DNA of 63,793 bases, the filler included, from Dugesia japonica (taxonomy: Eukaryota): assembly GCA_001938525.1 (NCBI GenBank). It is 5 parts of 5 records of this genome, joined end to end, with 100 filler letters (N's around TTAATTAATTAA, not from the genome) between each part and the next. Parts side by side here need not be neighbours in the genome. Positions count along the whole stretch, not along the records: positions 11,181 to 29,655 come from MQRL01570612.1; positions 29,756 to 45,441 come from MQRL01615748.1; 3 more parts are not named here. The stretch is one strand, 5' to 3'. The notes beneath the pieces are model-generated. The model made no database searches, had not been told where the DNA came from, and was given only the letters and a program-made list of their open reading frames with translations. The position numbers were made by a program, and so were the translations under genes. Shown here in pieces: positions 24,781 through 37,087 of the stretch; position 1 is the first letter of the stretch; each line of letters starts with the position of its first letter.

Positions 24781-27700
24781 AATAATTAAATTAAAAACAA
24801 GAGGAGAAAAGATCTTACTGAAGCAGTTCTTACTAAGAACTTTCGACTGAACCAATTAACTACTGAGATGTATTTCCAGAGAAAAAAGGTAAATATTTCA
24901 AATGTTAAGTGTAACAAGTGCAAAAGATATCTATATTTTACATCATCTGAAAATTGATTTTTGAAATGCAATACAAATTAGTAATTAAATGAAACAAATG
25001 TCTTCTTACTGTTTTTGAATATCTCATCGTTAACTGAAATCAACAAACCCCAGCCAACACATCGCATTGATAACAAAAACTTTATTAACGCCTAAATATT
25101 TTTTAAACTGTGATATGATATAATAATTTCATAAAGGATATAATTTAATTTACAAATTTTTTAACTTTAATTTAAAAACATTGAGCCATTGAGAGTTAAA
25201 TTAGTTATGTAATTATAAAAATGGTTTGCAAATCATTATTAAATTCCTTCTCAACAAAAAATATGTTAAATAAAAAAATAAAATAAAAAAATATGTTAAC
25301 AGAAATAAATAAATAATCAGCTCTTAAAAAATGTTATATTTTGATTAAGAAATAAATAATAATCAAAATTATCCAATCAAAAGTAATCAGAGAACCGTAA
25401 CCGATTGAATTTTTGTAACGCTCCACTTATGAATAACTTATAATCCTTAATTAATTATTAACTGATTTTAAATTAACTAACTGAGTTTGCGAAAACATTG
25501 AAATCGAATTTTTTAATAAAAAATAATGTATTTTTAAAAATTAATCATTAATTAATTATAAAACAATTAATTTGTAATTTTTTTAATATTTTACAATTAC
25601 AATTATTGTGAGAATAATTTTTGGACTTTACTTATAGATAGTATTTGATATTTAATTTTAATTTAAGCAATTACATGTTAACGCAAAAACCCAAAAAATA
25701 TTGTTATCGATGAAATTCTTTCCTAATTTTTTATTGTTTTAATTGTTTATTTGTTGGTATTTCTACACAACAAAATAATTTTATGGTTCGTTGGTTTTGA
25801 ACTATTGAATGATACTATGTGCATTAGTTTACGGATATTGATTTTTCCCTTGATGTGTTGATGCACTATTATATACTAGATATTTTAATCAAAACGTATA
25901 AATATGCTAATATAGTGTGATCGCTTTCCTATATAAATAAACAAACAATAACCTTTTAATATTTATTTTTGGTGTATATAAATATAAGTCTTTCAGCTAT
26001 AATTCCTATACGCAGAAATTTAATTTAACAGAGGACTACTGCCCGAAGAGGTTAGAGTCTCTGCAAATAATAATTTAATAAGAATTTTTTTAAATTTTAA
26101 TATTCATTAATTTTATTTTATCTTTTTCACAAATATTATTCAGAATAATTCTATTTTCATCTACATTCATACATTCATACATATTGTAAGAAATATTACT
26201 ATTATACATTCTAATATTGCAAATTGTAATACATAACCGATATTTATTTTTTTATCTAAAATTATTATTGTCTACGGAAAATAGTAAATCAAAATTAAAA
26301 ATCAAATTAAAATATTGAATGCAAGACAAAAAATGCAATTTCGCAGACTAGAAAATAATAATTTCAAAAAAACCAAATGCAATGAATAAAATAATGAAAT
26401 TGGTTATGGAAATCGATAAAATTGCTTAGAGATTATAGAGAAATCTAATTAAAATCGAGCATTATTTTATTCTCAATTTTATTTTAGGGGGTAACATGGT
26501 GCTTGAGCGCCAGTTATGCTCGCTACGCCACAGATTTTAATATCATTAACTTCAAAAATCATCAATACTAACTAAATTACCTAGAATTTTTAAAGCACAT
26601 TTTTATTGTTAGACGATAAATTACTAATTAACTCAGAATTCATATTTAAAATATTTATTCAATAAACTAAAAATTTCTTCAACTTGATAAAATTGATCAT
26701 TTTGACAGTTTCTTTTGTTTTCAAACGTTTAATACTTTTGTCTATTTATCAATTAACGTTTCACTAGTGAGTAATATGAATATGAATAATTTATTTAATC
26801 AGAAGAACTCAATTGAACAACAAAAGCAAATGAATGGTAATAATTGTAAACCACTAATCTGTGAGTACATTGTAAACATCTCCAATAGTAAAATATCAAG
26901 GAACATCAGGAACATTTCACGAACTTTCTAAGGAAAGTATCTACTCTAAATTATGATGAATATTTAAACAAATTTTGCGTCAAAAGATAAGAATAAAATG
27001 AAGACATTACAAATTAACATTATTCTTGCATTAACGTAATGAAACTATAAAATGATTTAGATGTAAATATTAATTGAGCAACATAATTATTTGTGCTCTA
27101 CGAATCAATAAAAAAGGTTTAAACATAATAAAATAATGCTAATAATGCTAGGAATTGAGTTCACAAGCAGTTTTAATATATAGTAAATATATTCTACTTT
27201 TGATAATCACTTGAAAAGAAGAAATATCAAAAATATCGTCTAAAAGTTGGTGAAAAAGGTTTATTGGCACACCATGATAATTTTCATTCACAAAAGCTTC
27301 AGTTCCTGCCGAATATTTGAAAAGTATAGTAGTTGAGTTATTTCCACATCCCCCTGTAAAATCCACACTTATCTATCATGTGACTTTTATCTTTTCAAAA
27401 ATTTGTATAAGCATTTATGGGGTAAAAAATTTGAGACTGAAGAATAGTTAGATAAAGCTGTTCTTTTCTTAGAATTGGCGTCAACCATATAATACATGAA
27501 AGGATATAGTGAGCAGTGTATTAGAGGTTTGGAAGATTACTTTTTGAAATTTTCTGAAAATTTTGTCTAAACATTGTAAGAATTAATTAGTGTTTTGTCT
27601 TATTTTTACGCTAAAGACCGTGCAATTATACTAATACTTGATGATTAGAATTTTCTTAGAAACAAAATAGTTTCTGTAAGATTTTCTATNNNNNNNNNNN

Positions 27701-29179
27701 NNNNNNNNNNNNNNNNNNNNNNNNNNNNNNNNNAATTTTTGTATAATAACTTACGTAGAAGAAAGAAATGTCCTAGGCGGGACTACTTTTTAAAATGCCA
27801 TTTCAAAAAATGTTGGAATATTAATCGGTTTCTAATTTGGAATCATCGTGGTTTTACCACCTTCGACTCATACTCAATTTACTCAAAACCATATTTTATT
27901 TATTAAATATTATGGATTATTAATTATTAGTAATTAATAATTAATTATTANAGATGCAATTTTTATCAGTTTTATTTAATCAAAAAACATTTAAATAGGC
28001 GGTTAACAATAAAAAAAGAATTACCGATCATTAATCAAAAATAATATTTTTGATATATTTATCTCAATAATTTATAATAATGTAAATCTGAAAATTATAA
28101 TAAGAAAAAAAGAAAAGTATTTTTTAATTAAAAAAGATATTAATTCATTACTTAAATTGAGATCAAGAAAGAAATTTAAAAAACAAAATTAGAATTTATA
28201 AGATAAATTTAATAAATAATAAATAAATAATAATTTAATAATAAAGAATAAAAAAAAATATTTTAAAAATTGTTTTAATTGAGTTTTTTATTTACATTTT
28301 ACGTATTAAAAATCTCTTTCCTTTTTTATTTGTCTTGAACTTATTTATTAAATAAATTATAATGGGATATTAATCAATTCAATTATAAATTTAATATTTT
28401 CTTGGGTATTCTTTGATGTCAAAGTACACAATTCTCAGAGTGATATTTACTTTGAACTATTTAAGTTTTATTAGAACTTATTCAACTATACTCCACTTAA
28501 TAAAATTAATAAATCTAGTTAATTATTTCAAATAAAATTTATTTTCACTTATTAACAAATATTGAAACCAGAAAATTTTTCATTTTCCAATATTCTCAGT
28601 AAGAAATTAATTTCCAAATTTACCAATTTGGTTACCATATATTTCGACAAAGGAAAATGAAAATAAAATTATATTAAAACTCAAAAAGAAAAATTACTTT
28701 AAATAAATAATTAAATAATTAAATTAAAAATAAAATAGAATTATCCTATTTCCGTGCGGAAAATCACATCAATGTGGCTTGTATTCTGATGAGACCAATA
28801 TGCTTCAATTCTGTCAAGTAAAAAACATAAAATTGATCTCTTTAATTTTTACAAATATGTGGGTTTCAATATGAAATTGTATAATGCTCTGTCATTTGCC
28901 TTTAAAAATTATCAAAATATAACGTTTATTTAAAACATACAACCCAATGGAGTTTATTTGACATCAAATATAAAATCAATTTCAAAGATCACTTATCATA
29001 AATTTTCGAATGGTTTGAGAAATGCTTTTGAAGAAGATAAGATTGACAAATTCGTGTTGATTGAAAACACGTTTATGATTAAAGTTTCATCTGAGTTGAC
29101 CTCTTTAGAAGAAGAAAATTTTTCTGATTAATCTTTAAACCGTATATTATAGACAAAATTTAGCAGCATGGGACATAAT

Positions 29180-29597
29180 CAATGTTCCCTCTAAGTTTTT
29201 ATGTCAGTGCGCGGAAAAGTGTTACTTGGGCAACTTTTTTAAAGCTAGCAAAAGTTTGAGCGCTCATAATTTTCTATTTATTGACATTATATATAGACCA
29301 AACACTAGAACAACTTTATTCAATCAATGAACTTTAATATAAAGCATAGACTATCATTATTATGTTTTTATACATGTTTTATGGCTGGTAACTTACTATT
29401 TTTGATAATTATAATTATCAGACTAATTTTTATTGAGAAATGTTTTTTTATATAAAAAAACNTAAATAATATAGTAAAATGAGTTAAAATTACATTTATA
29501 TCATACTGTAATCTCTGTGCGTCAGACAGTGTTTTTTGAGAGGAAATGTTCCAAAATTTGCGCGGCCGCGTGTTCGCGCAGCTTAGAGGGGACATAG
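29180..29597. mobile_element. hAT-type MITE, complete empty copy
   Basis: TIRs CAATGTTCCCTCTAAG and CTTAGAGGGGACATAG; 8-bp TSD GACATAAT (29172-29179) and AACATAAT (29598-29605). It interrupts a decayed reading frame (..KFSSMGHN|EIQISGKDEQFLLRNN). Confidence 0.85.
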
Positions 29598-29655
29598 AAC
29601 ATAATGAAATTCAAATATCAGGAAAAGACGAACAGTTCCTGCTCAGGAATAATGA

Positions 29656-29755
29656 NNNNNNNNNNNNNNNNNNNNNNNNNNNNNNNNNNNNNNNNNNNNT
29701 TAATTAATTAANNNNNNNNNNNNNNNNNNNNNNNNNNNNNNNNNNNNNNNNNNNN
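29656..29755. other. Artificial scaffolding linker (left boundary of the island block)
   Basis: N44-TTAATTAATTAA-N44. Confidence 0.9.
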
Positions 29756-30532
29756 TGATATTATGAGAGATAAATATTGTTAGTATGAGTGAGATAAATT
29801 GGTAAAGAATATCAACGAATTAGCAACATATGAGATTGAGCATGAATATATGAAATAGATGTTTCACAGGTAATAAGTGGTGGTTGAATTTCCTCTAATG
29901 TAAAGTTTTATGACTATAGTATGAGTATATGAGAAATATTTACTGTTTTCAATAAAAATATCAAGTTGAGTTAATTAGTTGTTCAATAAATGATTAAATC
30001 ATGCCCTTTTAATATCATAATTATTTATATTTTGTTTTGATTATTCATGATTATTATTGTTTTATATATTATAACTTTTTAATTGATAATAAATTCTCAT
30101 TAACATTATTTTAGATATTATGGTTAACATTAACTGTTTATTCGGTAGAAAAGATACCATGTGAGATAGACGGAAAACGGCAGAAGGATCATTCATGATA
30201 GCGAACGAACATAGAGTGAATAAGAGTGATTAAATAAAACTGACAATTAACGATTTCGCTTCTCGATATCAAATTGTTAAATTGAAAATACGGTCATGTA
30301 CTCTCGGTTCGGTCAAGTATGATGAGTGATCCTGTACCTGCTCAAGAATTAGTAAGGATTTTTTGTAACNNNNNNNNNNNNNNNNNNNNNNNNNNNNNNN
30401 NNNNNNNNNNNNNNNNNNNGTTGAAAACTATAATTCACTAATTTCATAATCATGATTGAAATTTTGTTATGCAGATGTCACGCCCGATCAAGCCAAAAGA
30501 AGCCAAAGCGAGTTCAAATCCCGTAAAAGGAA

Positions 30533-30775
30533 ATGGCTCGTCACAAAAAACAACATTTCGAGAAATCAAATCGATTAGAGGAACAAATTAGGAAACAAGA
30601 GCAACAGTACAAACATCAAATAACCAAAGTCATCATGAATCAGGAGGAGAGAGAAAAAAGACTAGTACGACTGCTGACAGATACTTTCGGGCTAAATAAC
30701 CAGCAACATAGATTGATTGCCACAATGAGGGCCACACAGTTGGAGGTGGAAGAGTTTACAAAGCAAACAATTTGA
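30533..30775 (+). CDS. Short coiled-coil protein of the island family, probably spliced and possibly decayed
   Basis: Q/E/K-rich heptads. LIATMR is shared with 31165 (LIATVR) and ARHKK with 34494. An upstream mini-exon MMSDPVPAQEL|GTAAG lies at ~30319-30351 with an acceptor TGCAG at ~30474. Confidence 0.45.
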   Translation: MARHKKQHFEKSNRLEEQIRKQEQQYKHQITKVIMNQEEREKRLVRLLTDTFGLNNQQHRLIATMRATQLEVEEFTKQTI

Positions 30776-31164
30776 CTAGCTAAAGGGATTGAGACCAAAC
30801 TCAGCTCCATATTGATGCCGTTAGAAGAGAGTGATTATATTGAAAATCAAGATTTGTGTCAGTATTAATAAAGCTTTCCATTTTGATTCATTTATTCATT
30901 TCAATGTAATTTAAAAGAAAATGTTTGTTTTAAGTATTGGCTAAAACTGTCAGTAGTATACTAACGTCAAATAAAAAAACTTATGATTTTCACAGTAGAT
31001 AACTCCATCTTTATTGAAAAAAAATTTCTTTATTACTTAACTTATTTGACTTCTATATTTCATTCAGTGCCAAATATAAGAAAATTAACATTGGGCACTT
31101 CAAGAACAGATCTTTAGAAAAGTGATGCTCAATGTACAAAATGTTGTAGAGCGAGAACACAGTT

Positions 31165-31365
31165 TTGCAACAGAAAAACTATCAATTAAGAGATCAGAAC
31201 GCGAAGTTAAGAGAAAAAGATTTGGGGTTGTCTCAAACAGGTCACTCAATGGCCGACATGATAAAATATTATGCTGATCTGGAAAGGGTACTAATTGCCA
31301 CCGTCCGTACCCTTAGTCAGGTGTCGAAAGTAGACAAGGAAGTTGAGCAAGTGGCTGTCGAGTAA
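31165..31365 (+). CDS. Short coiled-coil protein, paralog of 43638-43832
   Basis: EKDLGLSQTGHSMADMIKYYADLERVLIATVRTL aligns without gaps to EKELALQQANWLMAEIIKINATREAVVFNNLRAL. Confidence 0.55.
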   Translation: MQQKNYQLRDQNAKLREKDLGLSQTGHSMADMIKYYADLERVLIATVRTLSQVSKVDKEVEQVAVE

Positions 31366-32289
31366 GTGATCAATTTGAATGGTTAAATGTCATGAACTAA
31401 TAATAAATATTTTCTTTATCACACATCTTACAAATTGTTATTCAAGAAATATGTTCAAAGGAATTAAATTGAGTGAAACCAAAGTAAGATTGAAAACACA
31501 AGACGGGATACTGCATGGACTCGGGGTGGATGTAACAACACAGGGAGTTTTGCCAAATTTCTGCCGGCTCTGGGGTATCTGACCCTAAAAGATAATGAAA
31601 TAAAAAGAATGTCAAGAATTAAGTACCAAGAATCACAAGAGAGGAAATAAAACATCAAAACCTCGGAACTCAACAATTATATAATTATTATATTATATAA
31701 TATTATTATATTATATTATTATTCTAAATTATTTTAGAAGTATTGGAAAATGGTTCTGAGTTTCCAGGAAGTCTTTGAAATTTACATAGAATTTTAGAGA
31801 TCTGTGAGAAAATTATCCAAAATTTTACAGAACTCATGTAAATCTATCCAAAATTTTCAAGTAGTGTGAAAAATTAATTAAAATTTCACAGAAGTCATAA
31901 TTAGTTATACGTTAATAAAATATTTGATACTCTATTCACCTATATCCAAAGACCTTTACTGTAATCATTCACTTGTTTTCCTTAAGATTATTAAAAGTNG
32001 TTACACATATTTGTTTAATGGGTACAAGCCATTGATTCTTCACAATATAGTACTTAAAACTTGAATTTAATTAATTCCTATTTCCAAATAATGACTACTA
32101 TTAATTAAAAAAAATTTTTTAATAATAATTTTTTAAATATATATTTTTAAAATTCATTGTTTGCATTAAATGTAATCTTTTCAAATTTCTAAAATGTAAT
32201 ATTCAAATTTATAAGCCAAATCTTTTAGCAAGTGTTTAATATTATAAAGGAAAATGTTTCAACATATGTATATCTTCTATCTTAACCAA

Positions 32290-32950
32290 TACAAGTCAGT
32301 AAACCCTATACATTAATTAACCCAATACAATCAATGAACCCGATACATTTATTAAACCTATACATTCAATTTATTTACGTATTTGAGTTATGTATTGTAT
32401 TCAATGCTTTCATTTATATTAATCTAATCGTTCAAGTTAATCAATACAGCCACTTAATCAATTGAATATACTTATTTGTTCCATTAGACATAAATTTATA
32501 AGCAATAATCACTATTTTCATTAAATAAACACTAAGTTGATTCTAATGTTCACTGAGGGTTAACATGATTTATAGTTAAAATCCAATTCATTTTACAACT
32601 AATGATACAGGAAATCGAATTACATAGTTATTAAGTTATATAAAATTTTCTTCAAGATAAATACAGTAAATTAATCCCTTAATCAATGAACACAGTAAAG
32701 TCTATATGTGTATATATTTGCAAAGCTAATGAATAGAGTAAGCAAATAAGTAAAGTATCACAATGTGATAGAGTGGAACCAATGAATAGAGTAAGCAAAT
32801 GAGTATTATAAACCAATGTAATGCAGTCAACCAATATTTTACAGTGAACTAATGTGTAACAGTGAAACCGATGGTCACAGTAAAGCCCATGTGTTACAGT
32901 AAAACCAGTGTAATATATTAAAGTCAATGAATACCACATATAGTACTCGA
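32290..32950 (+). repeat. Degenerate minisatellite-like region
   Basis: Recurring short motifs (AACC(C)TATACATT, CAGT(A/G)AA(A)CC) and a duplicated AATGAATAGAGTAAGCAAAT at ~32728 and ~32781. Confidence 0.5.
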
Positions 32951-34493
32951 TCAAATCAAATTTTTAAATTTTTAAATCATTTTACAAAAAATTGATTTTA
33001 ATGTAAAATAATAAAATAAATAAATAAACAAATATTTACTCTGTGGTAGTTGTCGATAAAATGTTCTGGAAGCTTCTGTAAAAATGGTTTCGATGGCTTA
33101 AAATTTCAAATAATTTTCATAAAATGCTTTTAAGACAAAATTTTTAAATTCTTCTCCTCATTTTTTCCAAGTAATCTAGTTTTATTCATTTTATCGACAC
33201 CACGACTGGAGAGCTTTCACTACTCGCCAAATCGTCGATTCGCATTTCAGAATCTCGTCCGCTCATTGGTTCCTGGAGTCAGATTTACTCGAATCTTTGC
33301 TTGCCTGCATGCGCGATTGATTGACAACGAATTTGGAAAACCAAATTCGTGTCGTCGGGTGGATGCTCTAGTTGATANNNNNNNNNNNNNNNNNNNNNNN
33401 NNNNNNNNNNNNNNNNNNNNNNNNNNNNNNNNNNNNNNNNNNNNNNNNNNNNNNNNNNNNNNNNNNNNNNNNNNNNNNNNNNNNNNNNNNNNNNNNNNNN
33501 NNNNNNNNNNNNNNNNNNNNNNNNNNNNNNNAGTATTTTATATTATTTTTATTATTTGTCTTATTATTTCCTACTCGTACATCCAAATGTCATCGTTGTA
33601 TCTCCAAATTTGGGTCCTCTACGTCAAATTTTCATTTTTTTCCCGTTTCAATAATAATCGTATAATAATTATAATAATAATAATAACATAATAATAATGA
33701 TACTACAAGGCAAAATATCTGGTCCAGCACCTATATTTTACTTAATTTTCCGCTTGTTCTCTGTTAATTTTCGTATTATCTGGGGATGATTTGTTAGCTC
33801 TTTTCCACTAAAATTATTTGTTCTAGCCCAACAAATTACTGGGGGTCCTCAAAAGATTCCGCCCCGGAATTTCTCTCGAAAATTTCTTTTAGTATCATTC
33901 CCTTCGGAACCTCGTAACTTTATTCATCATAACCCGACTTCTAATCTTATCTAGGCTTTGTCAAATTTAAACCGGTCAAAAGGTCCCTCAAGCAAGAGTC
34001 TAATAGGTCATAAAATTAAGTAAAGTAACGAAAACAAGATGAAGAAACAAAAATACATTATTTCATTAAAATATCAATACACATGCATAATTAACCATCA
34101 TAATATAATCATAAATAAATAAACACACTGTCTACACAATTATTGATCAAATACTAGTCACTCAACATTTTAAATTCGCCGATCAAAAAGATTTTTTGTC
34201 ACTATATCAAAGGATAACTGTATAACCGTATAGTTTATTTACTCAGTTTCTTTAGTGCCAACAGAACCGACTTGGGAGATAACTTCAGCTTGGAGATGAA
34301 TAAACGGATTTGGAGACAACTTTGCAGCATAGAACCGCAAGATACACGAAAATGACCAAATTGACAGTAATGGACTGTCAGAGAACATTTGGATATGGAG
34401 ATTGTCATAGATACACATAGAAATAGTTTTACATATAATCATGCTAGTATGTAAATTGTTACACGCAGCACCGCACTGCTCGGAAAGAAGGAC

Positions 34494-34868
34494 TCACCAA
34501 CCCCAGAACAGATCCTCCTCAGACGCTGAATATGGCCATTGAGATAATTGTGTTGAATTGGGAAAACTACTGGAAGGTTGGGAATTGGATTGGTCGGTTT
34601 TCTGCTCTGCGTATTGATCCAACAAACTGACTTGGAGCGCTACTGCCCGCCCATTCGTTTTATAAATATAGAACGTTTGCTCTACCTTCGTCAGATTGAC
34701 CTGTCGAGGGGGAATTACTGCTCGGATAGGAACTTTCTTGTGACGCGCATTTTCATCATGAAGAAGTTTCATTGCATTTTCTAAATTCTGTATGTCGATC
34801 GTGTTTTGTTCTTTATCTAATTTCCATATTATGCTTTCTCTTACCAATCGTTCATTATCTTTTTGCAT
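34494..34868 (-). CDS. Coiled-coil protein exon of the island family
   Basis: N-terminal heptads and ARHKK. A TTACAG acceptor lies just upstream (~34902) and a GTGAGT donor overlaps the stop. Confidence 0.4.
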   Translation of the reverse strand: MQKDNERLVRESIIWKLDKEQNTIDIQNLENAMKLLHDENARHKKVPIRAVIPPRQVNLTKVEQTFYIYKTNGRAVALQVSLLDQYAEQKTDQSNSQPSSSFPNSTQLSQWPYSASEEDLFWGW

Positions 34869-35506
34869 CTAACTCAGTTTCTCTTGTTGTAACCGTTGAC
34901 CTGTAATACGAGCTTTGTTGTTGTTTTATTTTGAATATTTACTCATTAAGATATTGCAAGAGCTGATTATAAAAATTACGGATTAATCGAATTTTATTTG
35001 ATACTGATATTTAAAAATGGTTTTAATAATGTTTTATTTGTTGCCTTGACTGTATTGTATCCTGATTCCATTTTAATTTACAATTTACCGGGTATCACTT
35101 TCACAGATACACCACATGCCACTCCACACTGGGCCATTTACACACTAAATTTGACTTCTCCGACATTAGCGTCTCCCCAACACAGCTCTACAATATTCAA
35201 AAATCTTCAGACACTCTATATACAAATTGGCATTATTCGGATTACGCACTGATTAAATAACTATAATTGGCACTCTACTTATACTATACTTTTACTGTTT
35301 TTTGATTTTTTTGGAATACAAGTTTTTTTTACATAGTAATACATTTACTATTTAATACATATAATCTACAGTACTCTACCTCTCGACATCCATCGTCATA
35401 CATTACTATCTTCTCCGTACCACATCCTCTCACTAGTCTCGATAGTGTTTAAGATTTTGGATACGCTCGGTAATCGGTTAATTTGGGATAAGATAAGCTC
35501 TGCATT

Positions 35507-35737
35507 TTAAGTCTGTAACTCCTCTACTTGGTGTCTCAGATCCTCTACGATTTTGTTAGTTCCGCTCAAGGTTTGTAGGTAAAGATTTTGATTCTCGGTA
35601 ATCTGTCGTCTCTGGTTCTCTACTATTTTATTCAATTGGCGTATCTGCATCACATAAAAATTTTGATTCTCCACAAGGGTTGCGTTTAATTGTCGGGTCT
35701 GTTGTAACTGTTCGTTTAATACATCGGAATTCCTCAT
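35507..35737 (-). CDS. Short coiled-coil protein with an internal 25-aa tandem duplication
   Basis: ENQNFYVMQIRQLNKIVENQRRQIT / ENQNLYLQTLSGTNKIVEDLRHQVE. An upstream TTTATAG acceptor at ~35760 suggests this is a spliced exon. Confidence 0.5.
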   Translation of the reverse strand: MRNSDVLNEQLQQTRQLNATLVENQNFYVMQIRQLNKIVENQRRQITENQNLYLQTLSGTNKIVEDLRHQVEELQT

Positions 35738-36107
35738 TACGCTCCGACAGTGTTCGTCCTATAAATTCTACATTGCAAAATAAGGATTTAAAGGCTTATT
35801 AAGCACTTGGGGTATAAGTTTGCGCCGGTTTCTCCATAATTGTTCTGCCGACGTCGTCTAGCTCCATATTTACTGTTAACCGTCCATTCATTGTTATCTG
35901 TTTCTGTTCCATTTTACTAAAAAAAATACTACGGTAAAAAATACTACAGTGATCCTTTCTAAATCAAGTTTACAAATTACTCCATATTTTAATTTAAATT
36001 TATTCAGCTATGCTTTACTTTACATTTCGAGCTACTCAAAAACTACATTGTGTACCTTACTGTTACATTTAGGTAATTTATTTACAACTTTGTTTCCACT
36101 AATCTCC

Positions 36108-37054
36108 TCAATAACTCCACAACGACTCAGTTCCTCCCTCAAGGACTCCCATACGCACCAACTCTCTTGGCGGGTGTAAATATTTTGCTGTCAACTCTCT
36201 TAATTCCAGATCTAAACGCAGTCTCAGATACTGCCCTCGTTTTGCTTTACAGACTAATATTGTTTTAATCGTCATCATAATTATCGTAATGACGCCCGCT
36301 ACTCCACCACTGAATCCTGCTGGCCAATTCTTTTCATTTTCCAATTTGCTTTGCATCGTTGAGGCCTCGTGCCTCAACCTAGCTTTTACCTAGCTCAACC
36401 TTCGTGAACCGGTCTTTACCAACTCTTTCATCCATTTTCAATAAAATTGTCTTGTTGTCCATTTAAAATATTCGATGGCTTTCTCGTTGATTCACTTCCA
36501 GTTGTCGTTTTCACATACCTCGTCATTGCATGGTTTCTCTTTTTGCTTCGTACACTGGTTTCTCCCGTACCTTTCTTCATGAAAATTGTTGTTTTCGCCG
36601 TCGTGGTCGTTTTCGGATACACCATCGTCGTCAACTTCTGTGTTGTTGACTTGACCGTTGTCGTCTTTAAGTAAGTCTTCGCTTTTGTTCTCTCTTGTGT
36701 CGTCGGTTTGTTGCCCTGGAGCGTCTCGTCTACCAATATATATTCTAATTCTAACCACTCCCCGTTTTTTCGATTAAGTTTCATTACCATTTCATTTTGA
36801 TTGCAACCCCATCTATATTCTTGTATCATCCCATCTTGCGCCCAATATGTTAAAGATTGATATTGCTTAATTCGAAACAACCATTCTTTCCTACACGATA
36901 CTTGGAACGTACCTTCTGCATCTTGGGGTGTCCTTTGATTCTCTTTGTCTACTATACTCATTTTTATATCGATCATAGGCCACTCTCCTCTTCGAAAGGC
37001 GGCATGCTGTCCCCATATACCTGATGGAAACTGGTTCCATTGAATTCCTGTCAC
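36108..37054 (-). pseudogene. Decayed membrane-anchored protein: aromatic/Cys region, Thr-rich stalk, TM helix, basic tail
   Basis: The 208-aa ORF with KTTTVKSTTQKLTTMVYPKTTTTAKTT joins, through a frameshift near 36430 and one stop, to ..WPAGFSGGVAGVITIIMMTIKTILVCKAKRG. Confidence 0.55.
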
Positions 37055-37087
37055 ACCCCGTATTTCGCTCTTCTAGACTTTCGAGAT

